From assembly GCA_041687695.1 (NCBI GenBank), contig JAWLBL010000026.1:32001-96000 (forward strand): DNA of 64,000 nucleotides. Direction: 5' to 3'. The notes beneath the pieces are model-generated. The model had not been told where the DNA came from. It was given only the letters and a program-made list of their open reading frames with translations, and ran no database searches. Positions 1 to 9,061 of this stretch are shown here, one piece after another; the first letter of the stretch is position 1, and the number at the start of each line of letters is the position of its first letter. The position numbers and the translations under genes were made by a program. Source of the stretch: Myxococcota bacterium. Lineage in GTDB: Bacteria > Myxococcota_A > UBA9042 > PHBI01 > JAWLBL01.

Positions 1-10
1 GCAGGTCACG

Positions 11-1414
11 ATGGGGGCCGGCTACACGCTCGCCCTCTGGGGCCTGGCCCTGGCCCTGGTCGGCCCGCTGGTCGTGCTCGCGTCCGAGGAGCGGCTCGAC
101 CCGGACAGACCGCTGCTCAGGGCCGCCGTCCTGTGGAACGGCACCGTGTTGAGCGAGCGGCTGGTGCGGACGGGCGAGCGCTTCTCCGCGGGCGACCTCG
201 ACCGCAGACCGCTCTTTCAGGTGGACGAGCAAGGCGAGAGCTCGCTGCTCGTCTATGGGGGACTACGCGGCGAGCTGAACCAGGGGCCGGTGACCCGGGC
301 CATCGCCGAGCTGGCGCCAGCGGGCGACGAGCCCCGGCGCGTGCCCCTGGCGATGGGTGACTGGGGCCTGGTCGAGGTGGAGGCGGTCCAGGTCTTCTTC
401 CAGCTCGTGCGCCCGGAGGGGCGTGTCCCGCGTCGCCCGTTCCTGGCCTTCGACGAAGTGGTCACGAGCGCGGTGGCGGTGAGCTTCCTGCTCCAGATCG
501 GCTTCATCCTGCTCGCGCTCTTTCTGTGGGAGGAGCGTGCCGAGCGCGCCGTCAAGACGGCCGAGCGCAAGACGTTGAGCGTCGACGTCGTCCTGACGCC
601 GCCGCCCCGGGACGACGAGCCGCTGGAGGAGCCGGTCGACGACGCGCAGCACCGCGAGGGCGAGGCGGGCAAGCGCGCCGAGGGTGAGGAGGGGCGGTTC
701 GGTGACCACGAGGCGCCGCCCGAGCAGGAGTCGAAGGTGCCCCGGCGAGACGCGCCGATGGTGAACCAGGTCGACCCGCACGACCTCGACCCCGCCGAGA
801 CTGGCCTGAACGAGCTGCTGCGCCAACAAAAGCAACTGGGCCAAGGGCCCATCGCCGAGATCCTTGGCCAGGACGAGGGCTTCGAGCGCAAGCTGGTGGT
901 GGCGATGAACGGCGAGGGCGACGAGCTCGTCATCGGGCCGGGTTCGGACGGCCTGGGGTTCCACGACGGAGGCCGAGGCGGCGGCGGAGACGACGGGCCG
1001 GGCCGCATCCATGGAACCGCGCGCTTCGACACTGGCGGCGGGCCCAGCGTCATCGCCCGCGTGGGCCCGAAGCCCAAGCGGCGGGTCGCCGCGATGAACC
1101 TCGGCGTCGGAGCGGCCGAAGGCTTCTGCCGCGAGTCGAACCTGCGCAGCGTCGTCCGCCGCCGCGCCGGCGCCATCCGGGCCTGTTACGAGAAGCGCCT
1201 GCAGGTCCGCGCCGGCCTCGCCGGCAAGATGACGGCCCGCTGGACCATCGGCCTCGACGGCGCCGTCGCTTCGGCCACGACGGTGTCGAGCAACCTCGGC
1301 GATGCCGAGGTCGAGACCTGTGTCCTGCGCGCCATCCGCCGCATGCGCTTTGGAGCGCCCGAGGGCGGCGTCTGCGTCGTCCAGTGGCCCTTCGTCTTCT
1401 CGTCGGGCCAGTGA
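11..1414 (+). CDS. AgmX/PglI (GltG-like) membrane protein with C-terminal TonB_C-like domain; may begin upstream of the window
   Basis: TM segment (VAVSFLLQIGFILLALFLW), GKRAEGEEGRFG motif, Gly-rich linker, C-terminal IRACYEKRL...LAGKMTARWTIGLDGAV...VETCVLRAIRRMRF...VQWPFVF typical of myxobacterial AgmX/PglI C-domains; the frame is open to the window edge. Confidence 0.7.
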   Translation: MGAGYTLALWGLALALVGPLVVLASEERLDPDRPLLRAAVLWNGTVLSERLVRTGERFSAGDLDRRPLFQVDEQGESSLLVYGGLRGELNQGPVTRAIAELAPAGDEPRRVPLAMGDWGLVEVEAVQVFFQLVRPEGRVPRRPFLAFDEVVTSAVAVSFLLQIGFILLALFLWEERAERAVKTAERKTLSVDVVLTPPPRDDEPLEEPVDDAQHREGEAGKRAEGEEGRFGDHEAPPEQESKVPRRDAPMVNQVDPHDLDPAETGLNELLRQQKQLGQGPIAEILGQDEGFERKLVVAMNGEGDELVIGPGSDGLGFHDGGRGGGGDDGPGRIHGTARFDTGGGPSVIARVGPKPKRRVAAMNLGVGAAEGFCRESNLRSVVRRRAGAIRACYEKRLQVRAGLAGKMTARWTIGLDGAVASATTVSSNLGDAEVETCVLRAIRRMRFGAPEGGVCVVQWPFVFSSGQ

Positions 1415-1426
1415 CCCGGGGGCCGG

Positions 1427-2188
<762 letters not shown>

Positions 2189-2251
2189 AGAACGTGCTCC
2201 TCGAGTGCTTCGGACGTGTCGGCGACGCCCTTCGACGGCCCTGGCCCGGCC

Positions 2252-3607
2252 CTATTCACGGGCGCCACCGACCTTGTCGGACAACCGCCGCAATCGCGCC
2301 TGCCAACGGTCTCCAGCGCCCTCCTCGGCCACCAAAGACGCCAGCCGCTCGCGCGCCAGATCCCACGCGCCCAGCCGCTCGTAGGCATCGGCGAGCCGCG
2401 CCAGCAGCGCCCGGCGATCCCCGTGGCCCGCAGCCAGCGCCTGCTCGGCCGCGGCCGCCGCCTCCTGCCACAGCCCCGCGGCCATCAAGGCTTCGCTGGG
2501 CTCGTCCTCGCGCGTGGCCCGCCAGCTGGCGTCGCCTTCGCCCGCCTTGACCAGCGTCCACAGCTCCACGGCCCGCTCTCGCAGGTGGGGCGCCCGCTCA
2601 CGCGCCGCGGTCACGAGGCGCCCCAGCCCGTCGATCAGCGCCGTCCGCACCCGGGCCGGCACCCTGGGGCGCGCCATCACAGCCAGCGCGACCCCCTCGA
2701 TGGCCTCTGGCGCCCGTCGCAGCAGCCGCTCCAGCATCCGCTCCAGCACCTGCGGCTCCGGCCACTCGTGGCGACAACGCGCTGCGAACGCCTCGACCAC
2801 GTCGTCGGCCAGGGCGCGCAGGGTCGCGTCCGGCGCCCGCTCGGCCCCCGTGAGCAGCGCGTCGACCAGCTCGGGCCAGCGGGCGACCTCGACCGCCTCG
2901 AGCACGTGCGCCACCCACGCCTCGGAGGTCGTCGCCGCCGCCCCCGGCAGGGGCCGCCCCTCGACCCGGTGCAGCCACCACGCCCGCAGGGACGGCGGGA
3001 GCCCCTCCATCACCTCGACGCGCGCGTCCTCGGCCGTGCGCCGCGCCTCCCGCGCTTCGGCCACGGCGAACAGCGGCGCCAACATGGGCAGGGCGTCCGC
3101 GCCACCGCGCTCGACCGCCAGCATGCGCCGCTTGAGCGGCAGCCCGGCCGAGAAGCCGCCCAGCCCGCCGCCGCTGGCGACCACCCGGTGGCACGGCACC
3201 AGCGCCAGGGTCGGATTACGGCCGCACGCGTTCGCCACCGCCCGGAAGGCCGACGGCTGCCCGATGCGCGCGGCGACCTCGGCGTACGTGGCCGTCTGTC
3301 CGTACGGGATGCGCCGCAAGACCTCCCAGACGCGCCGCTGAAACGGCGTCCCGCGCAGATCGAGCGGCACCGAGAAGCCCTGCCTGCGGCCCGTGGCCCA
3401 CGCGGTCAGCTGCCGCGCGGCCTGCCGCAGGTGAGGGTGGGGGTCGTCGACCAGGCTGGCCCCGAGCTGCGCGGCGAGGGCGGCCCGGGCGGCGTCGGGG
3501 TCCTGATCGCCGATGGCGTGGAGGGCGACCACGCCCGCCTCGGACGCGACGCCCCAGAGCGCCCCGATGGGCGTGTCGAAGCGTTGGCTGGCCAGGAGCT
3601 CCCGCAA
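2252..3607 (-). CDS. ogt: methylated-DNA--protein-cysteine methyltransferase (Ogt) fused to a ~270-aa helical C-terminal extension
   Basis: GTPFQRRVW, IPYGQTATY, RAVANACGRNP, active-site PCHRV; TTG start uncertain. Confidence 0.85.
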   Translation of the reverse strand: MRELLASQRFDTPIGALWGVASEAGVVALHAIGDQDPDAARAALAAQLGASLVDDPHPHLRQAARQLTAWATGRRQGFSVPLDLRGTPFQRRVWEVLRRIPYGQTATYAEVAARIGQPSAFRAVANACGRNPTLALVPCHRVVASGGGLGGFSAGLPLKRRMLAVERGGADALPMLAPLFAVAEAREARRTAEDARVEVMEGLPPSLRAWWLHRVEGRPLPGAAATTSEAWVAHVLEAVEVARWPELVDALLTGAERAPDATLRALADDVVEAFAARCRHEWPEPQVLERMLERLLRRAPEAIEGVALAVMARPRVPARVRTALIDGLGRLVTAARERAPHLRERAVELWTLVKAGEGDASWRATREDEPSEALMAAGLWQEAAAAAEQALAAGHGDRRALLARLADAYERLGAWDLARERLASLVAEEGAGDRWQARLRRLSDKVGGARE

Positions 3608-3616
3608 GGCGGGACG

Positions 3617-3883
3617 TCAGGCCTTCTGCTGGTCTTGCTGCGGCTCGACCTCGACGGTCGCCGCGGTCGCCTTCTGCGTCTCGAGCTTCTTCGGCGTCAC
3701 GTCGACGGCGTCGTCGCCGCCCGAGGAGGCCTTCTTGAAGTTCCGGATGCTCTGCCCCAGCGCGCCGCCGATCTGCGGCAGCTTGCCCGCCCCGAAGATG
3801 AGCAGGACGATGACCAGGATGATGATGAGCTCGGTGGCCCCCAGGCCGCCGAGGGCGAGCACGATGGGGTGAAGGTTCGTCAT
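3617..3883 (-). CDS. tatA: twin-arginine translocase TatA/TatE subunit
   Basis: [34 protein letters not shown] signature. Confidence 0.95.
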   Translation of the reverse strand: MTNLHPIVLALGGLGATELIIILVIVLLIFGAGKLPQIGGALGQSIRNFKKASSGGDDAVDVTPKKLETQKATAATVEVEPQQDQQKA

Positions 3884-3966
3884 GGCTCCACTCGGGTGAG
3901 GACGCGTCCGCGCCCCCTCGACGCTCTGTCGCGGGCTCGGTCGCCAAATAATTTACCTGATTTCGC

Positions 3967-5235
3967 CTACTTGAAAAGCTTCTCGAGCTTCTTGCCCGTC
4001 TTCTCGATCTTGTCGATCGTCTTGCCGGGCGCGTCGGTGATCTTGTCGACCTTCTTCTCGATGCGGTCGGGCGTCTCGAGCGTGTGGTCGACCTTGCGCG
4101 TGACCTCCTCGGGCTTGCGCAGCGCCTCGTCCTGCTTGCGCGCGATGGCGTCGAGGCTCTTCTCGGCGTCGTCGGGATCCGGCACGTAGACACGCGGCGC
4201 GTCGCCCTTTTTGACCTTGTCGTCCCACAGGATGACCACGTCGTGCTCGCCCTCGTCGAGCGGCACCATCTTGGTCTCGGGGTGCCGCACCACGTCCTTC
4301 ATGATCATCGCCTGCACGCGCGCGTGGTGCTGGTACCAGATGATCGGGTAGCCCTCCTTGGGGCCGGCGGGGACCACCTCGATGTCGTAGCCCAGCTTCT
4401 CGAGGGTCATCTCCAGGTTGTCGACGTTCTCCTCGCCCAGCTCGCCCAGGCCGTTGCCGACCTTGACGCGCACGTAGCCGGTGACCTCCTTGAAGCCCTT
4501 GCTGTCGCCCTTGATGCCGTCGAAGTCCTTGTCGGTCTTGGCCTTCTTCAAATAGGTGACGGCCTCGTCGTCGCCGATGTCCTGCATGCACCGCAGGTGC
4601 TCGACCGCCTTGGCCTCGTCGTCCGTCATGGCGTACATGGCCGCCGCGTTGTAGTGCGACCGCGCGTACCCGGGCGCCGCCTCGACCGCCTTCAAGAACT
4701 GCGCGAGCGCGGCCTCGTACTTCTTCTTCTTGTACTGGCCGAGGCCCGCCTTGATGGCCTTCTCGGCGGCCTTGATGTCCTTGTCCGACGGCTTGGGCAC
4801 GTCGCACTTCTTGCGCCCGGACGCCGGCGCCTCGACCTGAGCGCTGGGCGCGTCGCCGGCCTTGTCCGCCCGTTTGGGCTTGCTCGCCGACGGGTCGGGC
4901 CGCTCGGGCAGCTCCGTGACCTTCAGTCGCTGCAGGGCCAGCTTCGACACGTGCGCGTCGGTGTCGCTGCCCTCGACGTACAGCCGCTTCATGGCCGACA
5001 CGACGCGGTCGCGCTCGTCGCCCTTGACCTTGGAGACGTCCTTGTAGGCCTCCCACAGGCGAACGCACTTGGCCAGTTCGTCCACCGTCGCCTGCTGCGG
5101 GCTCTTGAACGTGGTCTTGTCGCACGTCGCGCCGTACTGCTTCCACTGATCGGCGGCGAAGACGGTCGGCGCGGCGACCAGGGCGGCCGCGAAGGCGGTC
5201 AGCGCGGCGGCTAGGGCGGGGCGGGACATGCGCAT
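3967..5235 (-). CDS. exported TPR-containing protein with possible LytR_C-like domain
   Basis: Signal peptide; TPR pair (AGLGQYKKKKYEAALAQFLKAVEAAPGYARSHYNAAAMYA); VRVKVGNGLG motif; AAGGAG RBS before ATG at 5235. Confidence 0.7.
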   Translation of the reverse strand: MRMSRPALAAALTAFAAALVAAPTVFAADQWKQYGATCDKTTFKSPQQATVDELAKCVRLWEAYKDVSKVKGDERDRVVSAMKRLYVEGSDTDAHVSKLALQRLKVTELPERPDPSASKPKRADKAGDAPSAQVEAPASGRKKCDVPKPSDKDIKAAEKAIKAGLGQYKKKKYEAALAQFLKAVEAAPGYARSHYNAAAMYAMTDDEAKAVEHLRCMQDIGDDEAVTYLKKAKTDKDFDGIKGDSKGFKEVTGYVRVKVGNGLGELGEENVDNLEMTLEKLGYDIEVVPAGPKEGYPIIWYQHHARVQAMIMKDVVRHPETKMVPLDEGEHDVVILWDDKVKKGDAPRVYVPDPDDAEKSLDAIARKQDEALRKPEEVTRKVDHTLETPDRIEKKVDKITDAPGKTIDKIEKTGKKLEKLFK

Positions 5236-5356
5236 GGCTCCTTGTCGTGGCTCGTCAAACGGGCGGGCGGATGCTACCATTCCGCCCTCGAAAGTCGCAA
5301 CGCGCGCGCTCGTCGCGCCTCCGTCGCCGTCCTGTCCGCAGCGCCCCGAGGGCCCC

Positions 5357-5764
5357 TTGGCCGCACCCCGTCACCTCCGCTCCCGCCGGCTCGTCGCCCC
5401 GCTCGCGCTCCTGCTGGGCGCGCTCTCCGTCGCCTGCGAGACCGCCCCCTTCGTCGCCGACGAGGTCCCCTGCCGCTGCGACGTCGAGACCTGCGGCCCG
5501 ACGACCTGCGGCTACGAGTTGACCCTGCACGCCAACTGCCGCGACGACGTCGCGCTGGTCGAGGTCGTCATCGACGGCCACCTCGAGGCCCAGGCCCTGC
5601 GCCCCGGGCAGCCCGTCACCCCGTGCACGCGCGTCGAGCCGGGCGAGACCGGCCAGCTGCTCGCCCGCGGCGGCAAGTGGATCTGGGGCCCCATCCTGTC
5701 GCCCTGCGACGAGCCCGGCGCCGTCCACAGCCTGGTGCTCGAGTGCGCGGCCGCGACGCCCTGA
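5357..5764 (+). CDS. small Cys-containing hypothetical lipoprotein
   Basis: Lipobox LLGALSVAC, several Cys; in-frame TTG at 5357 after GAGG; start uncertain. Confidence 0.6.
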   Translation: MAAPRHLRSRRLVAPLALLLGALSVACETAPFVADEVPCRCDVETCGPTTCGYELTLHANCRDDVALVEVVIDGHLEAQALRPGQPVTPCTRVEPGETGQLLARGGKWIWGPILSPCDEPGAVHSLVLECAAATP

Positions 5765-5792
5765 GCCCGCGACGCCCTGAGCCCGCGCCGCC

Positions 5793-6185
5793 TCAGCGCT
5801 CGCGCAGCTCGCGCGCCCGCTGCCACCCGCGAGAGACGTCCTCGTCGCGCAGCTCCAGCGCCTCGGCGAGCTGCTCGAGGTGCCGCCGCTCCGAGTCCTC
5901 GATGACGTCGTCCTCGTAGGCCAGCATCAAGGCCTGCTGGAACAGGTACATCCGATGCTCGTAGGAGGGCAGCTCGTCCGGCCGCGGCAGCGGCGGCGCC
6001 TCGGGCGCCTCCAGCATGGCCTCGACCTCCGCCCTGGCCTCGGGCCCGAGCCGCACGAAGTCGATGAGCTGCTCGATCCGCTCGCGCTCGACCTCGGCGA
6101 AGTCCCCATCGGCCTTGGCGACCGCGATCATCGTCTGCAGCAGCAGGACCTTCGAGCCCCGCCGCGTCGTGTTGGTGTCCGTCAT
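5793..6185 (-). CDS. TerB-family (tellurite resistance/DjlA N-terminal-like) protein
   Basis: MIAVAKADGDFAEVERERI ... LAYEDDVIEDSERRHLEQLAEAL, the duplicated A-D-G...E motif of the TerB fold. Confidence 0.8.
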   Translation of the reverse strand: MTDTNTTRRGSKVLLLQTMIAVAKADGDFAEVERERIEQLIDFVRLGPEARAEVEAMLEAPEAPPLPRPDELPSYEHRMYLFQQALMLAYEDDVIEDSERRHLEQLAEALELRDEDVSRGWQRARELRER

Positions 6186-6192
6186 GCCCGCC

Positions 6193-6221
6193 ATTGGAGG
6201 GTCAGGCCCTCCGGGTGTCAA
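6193..6221 (-). promoter_or_regulatory. sigma70-type promoter for the TerB-family gene (leaderless geometry)
   Basis: TTGACA-17 nt-TCCAAT, 7 nt before the ATG at 6185. Confidence 0.5.
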
Positions 6222-6301
6222 CCAGCCTTTGACCAGGAGCGGGGACGGGGGCGGACGCCGCGGCGGCCACCCCCGTCTGCTCTAGTCCTCGGCGTCCGCG
6301 T

Positions 6302-8782
6302 CTACAGGAGCGTGCACTTGCCGTTGCCGTTGCACGACAGCAGCCCGTTGCAGGCGTTGCCGCACTGTCCACAGTGCTGGTCGCTGGTCTGCGTGTTCAC
6401 GCACGCGTCGCCGCAGCGGGTGAGGCCCGCGTTGCAGGTGAAGTCGCACGAGCCGTCGCCGCAGAAGGCCGAGGCGTTGGCGGGGGCGGTGCACGACTCG
6501 CCGCAGGCGCCGCAGTTGGCCGCGTCGGTCTTCGGGTCGATGCAGGCGTCGCCGCACTCGAGGTAGCCCTGCTCGCAGGTGAAGGTGCAGCTGCCGCTGG
6601 CGCAGGCGGGGCTGCCGTTGGCCGGGGCGGTGCACGGCTGGTCGCACTGGCCGCAGTGGTCGACGTTGCTGCCGGTCAGGACGCAGGAGCTGCCGCACTG
6701 GGTCGTGCCGTTGGGGCAGGACAGGATGCAGTCGCCGCCCGAGCACAGCTCGTTGGCCTCGCAGGTGACGCCGCAGCCGCCGCAGTTGTCGGGGTCGCTC
6801 TGCACGCTGGTGCAGGTCGCGCCGTCGCAGGACGTGTAGCCCGAGCCGCAGCTGAAGTCGCACACGCCGGCCGAGCAGAAGCCCGCGCCGTTGGCCGGCG
6901 ACTCGCAGGTGAGGTCGCACTCGCCGCAGTTGAACTTGTCGCTGGCCGGGTTCACGCAGACGCCGCCGCAGGCGATGAGGCCCTCGTCGCACTCGAACCC
7001 GCAGGCGCCGCCCTCGCAGGTCGGCGAGGCGTTCGCCGGCGCCGAGCACGCGAAGCCGCAAGTGTCGCAGTGGCTCGGGTTGGTGGCCGTGTCGACGCAC
7101 TGGCCGCCGCAGTTGGTCGTGCCCTCGGGGCAGCTCGTCGTGCAGACCCCGCCCGTGCAGACCTCGTTGTCGCCGCAGACCTTCCCGCAGTCACCGCAGT
7201 GGAGCGGGCTGGTCTTGGTGTTGACGCACTGCTCTCCGCAGGCCGTGAAGCCGGTCGTGCAGCTGATGGCGCACTCACCCGCCATGCAGACCGCCTTGCC
7301 GAAGCTGGGCGCCGGGCACTTGGTGCCGCACTCGCCGCAGTTGTTGACGTCGCTGCCGGCGTCGACGCAGCTCTGGCCGCACTGGGTCAGCCCCTCGTCG
7401 CAGGCGATGCCGCACGCGCCCGCCTCGCACACCGGCAGCCCCGCCTCGGGCGAGAAGCACTGGGTGCCGCACCCGCCGCAGTGCGCCGGGCTGCTGTCCA
7501 GGTCGACGCAGCTGCCGTTGCAGTTCGTCGTCCCGCTCGGGCACCCGTCGACGCACTCGCCGCCCGCGCACACGTCCGCCAGGCTGCAGTAGGTCCCGCA
7601 CTCGCCGCAGTTCAGGAAGCTGCCCTGCGTGTCGACGCACGCGCCGTCGCACAGCTCGAAGCCCTCGACGCACTGCACGTCGCACTCACCCTCGACGCAC
7701 ACGGCCTTGCCGTTGACCGCGCCCTGGCAGGTCGTGCCGCACTCGCCGCAGTGCTTGACGCTGGTCTTCACGTCCACGCACGCGCCGCCGCACCGGATGA
7801 AGCCCGACAGGCACTCGAAGTCGCAGGCCCCCGCCTCGCACACCGCCACAGCGTTCGCCGGCGCCGCGCACGCCTGCCCGCACTCGCCGCAGTGCGCCGG
7901 GCTCGTCTGCACGTCGAAGCAGGTGCCGCCGCACGCCGTCAGGCCCTCCTCGCAGCCCGCCTCGCACTGGCCCGCCACGCAGACCTCCTCGTCGTCGCAC
8001 GCCGTCTCGCAGTCGCCGCAGCGCGCCGGGTCCGTCGTCACGTCGAAGCACCCGTACCCGCACGCCTCGAGCCCCTCGTCGCACTGCGCGACGCACTCGC
8101 TCTCCACGCAGGCCGGCGTCCCGCCCTCGAGGGCCTCGCACCCCTCGTCGCAGCCGCCGCAGTGCGCGACGTCGCTGGTCGTGTCGACGCACGCGTCCCC
8201 GCACGCCGTCAGCGCCTCGTCGCACGCCTCCACGCAGGCGCCCTCGACGCAGGCCGCCGTCGCCCCCGCAGGCGGCACGCACGCCTCGTCGCACCCGCCG
8301 CAGTGGTCGACGTTCTCGTCGAGGTCCACGCACCCGCCGTCGCAGTTGGTCAGCCCGCTCGGGCACCCCACCGAGCACGCGCCCGCGTGGCACACCTCCG
8401 CCTCGCCGCAGGTCGCGAAGCACTCGCCGCAGTGCGTGTGGTCGGCCTGCAGATCCACGCACGCGAGGCCGCACAGGACCTTGGGCGCCTCGCACTCGGG
8501 CGGCTCGACCGTCTCGCCGTCCTCCTCCACGTCGGCCGCGGCGTCGGTCCCCGCGTCGGTGTCGGCCGCCGCGTCCTCGGCGGAGTCCGCCCCGACGTCC
8601 TCGATCACGTCCTCGCCGTTCACGTCGCCCGTGCCCGTGTCGCTCGACACCTCGAGGCCGGCGTCCGCCACCGCGTCGATGGCCGGCGTCGTCTCCGCGT
8701 CGCCGCAACCGATCGACAGCGCGGCCGTGGCCAGCGCCAACCCTGCCCATCCGCCAGTCCAGCGAATCGTTCGACAGCTCAT
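6302..8782 (-). CDS. Cys-rich repeat lipoprotein (Stig1/MXAN_6577-like repeats, 16 copies)
   Basis: Lipobox ALSIGC, acidic linker, 16 repeats of C-x-[DN]-x6-[HN]-C-G-x-C-x3-C. Confidence 0.85.
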   Translation of the reverse strand: MSCRTIRWTGGWAGLALATAALSIGCGDAETTPAIDAVADAGLEVSSDTGTGDVNGEDVIEDVGADSAEDAAADTDAGTDAAADVEEDGETVEPPECEAPKVLCGLACVDLQADHTHCGECFATCGEAEVCHAGACSVGCPSGLTNCDGGCVDLDENVDHCGGCDEACVPPAGATAACVEGACVEACDEALTACGDACVDTTSDVAHCGGCDEGCEALEGGTPACVESECVAQCDEGLEACGYGCFDVTTDPARCGDCETACDDEEVCVAGQCEAGCEEGLTACGGTCFDVQTSPAHCGECGQACAAPANAVAVCEAGACDFECLSGFIRCGGACVDVKTSVKHCGECGTTCQGAVNGKAVCVEGECDVQCVEGFELCDGACVDTQGSFLNCGECGTYCSLADVCAGGECVDGCPSGTTNCNGSCVDLDSSPAHCGGCGTQCFSPEAGLPVCEAGACGIACDEGLTQCGQSCVDAGSDVNNCGECGTKCPAPSFGKAVCMAGECAISCTTGFTACGEQCVNTKTSPLHCGDCGKVCGDNEVCTGGVCTTSCPEGTTNCGGQCVDTATNPSHCDTCGFACSAPANASPTCEGGACGFECDEGLIACGGVCVNPASDKFNCGECDLTCESPANGAGFCSAGVCDFSCGSGYTSCDGATCTSVQSDPDNCGGCGVTCEANELCSGGDCILSCPNGTTQCGSSCVLTGSNVDHCGQCDQPCTAPANGSPACASGSCTFTCEQGYLECGDACIDPKTDAANCGACGESCTAPANASAFCGDGSCDFTCNAGLTRCGDACVNTQTSDQHCGQCGNACNGLLSCNGNGKCTLL

Positions 8783-9061
8783 GTTCTCTCGCTCCCATCC
8801 GTGACCCGCGTGGCGAGCGCCTCCCCTCGAGGCCTCCCCAGACTTCCCTGCGCGAGCTTCGGTCCATGACGATTCCACGAACTGTGCCAATTCGCCCCAT
8901 CCAGCCATTACGAGCAGTTGCGCTTGTCTGCTGCGCAACGAAGTGCGAGCGCGTGTGAACGAAGCGGTCGCATTTCCGACGCGCTGGCCCCTTTGACCGG
9001 TCGACTTTACCGGGCCCTGCGTTTCTGGCGCCCGCTCCACCGGGTGTTACCCTCGCCGGCC

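Noticed and set aside
6244..6299. Terminator or riboswitch after the Cys-rich gene
   Set aside because: GC-rich hairpins can form, but there is no U-tract or recognisable aptamer.
8874..8890. sigma54 promoter for the Cys-rich lipoprotein (TTGGCACAGTTCGTGGA, minus strand)
   Set aside because: Good -24 element, but the -12 reads GG instead of GC. Too weak to call.
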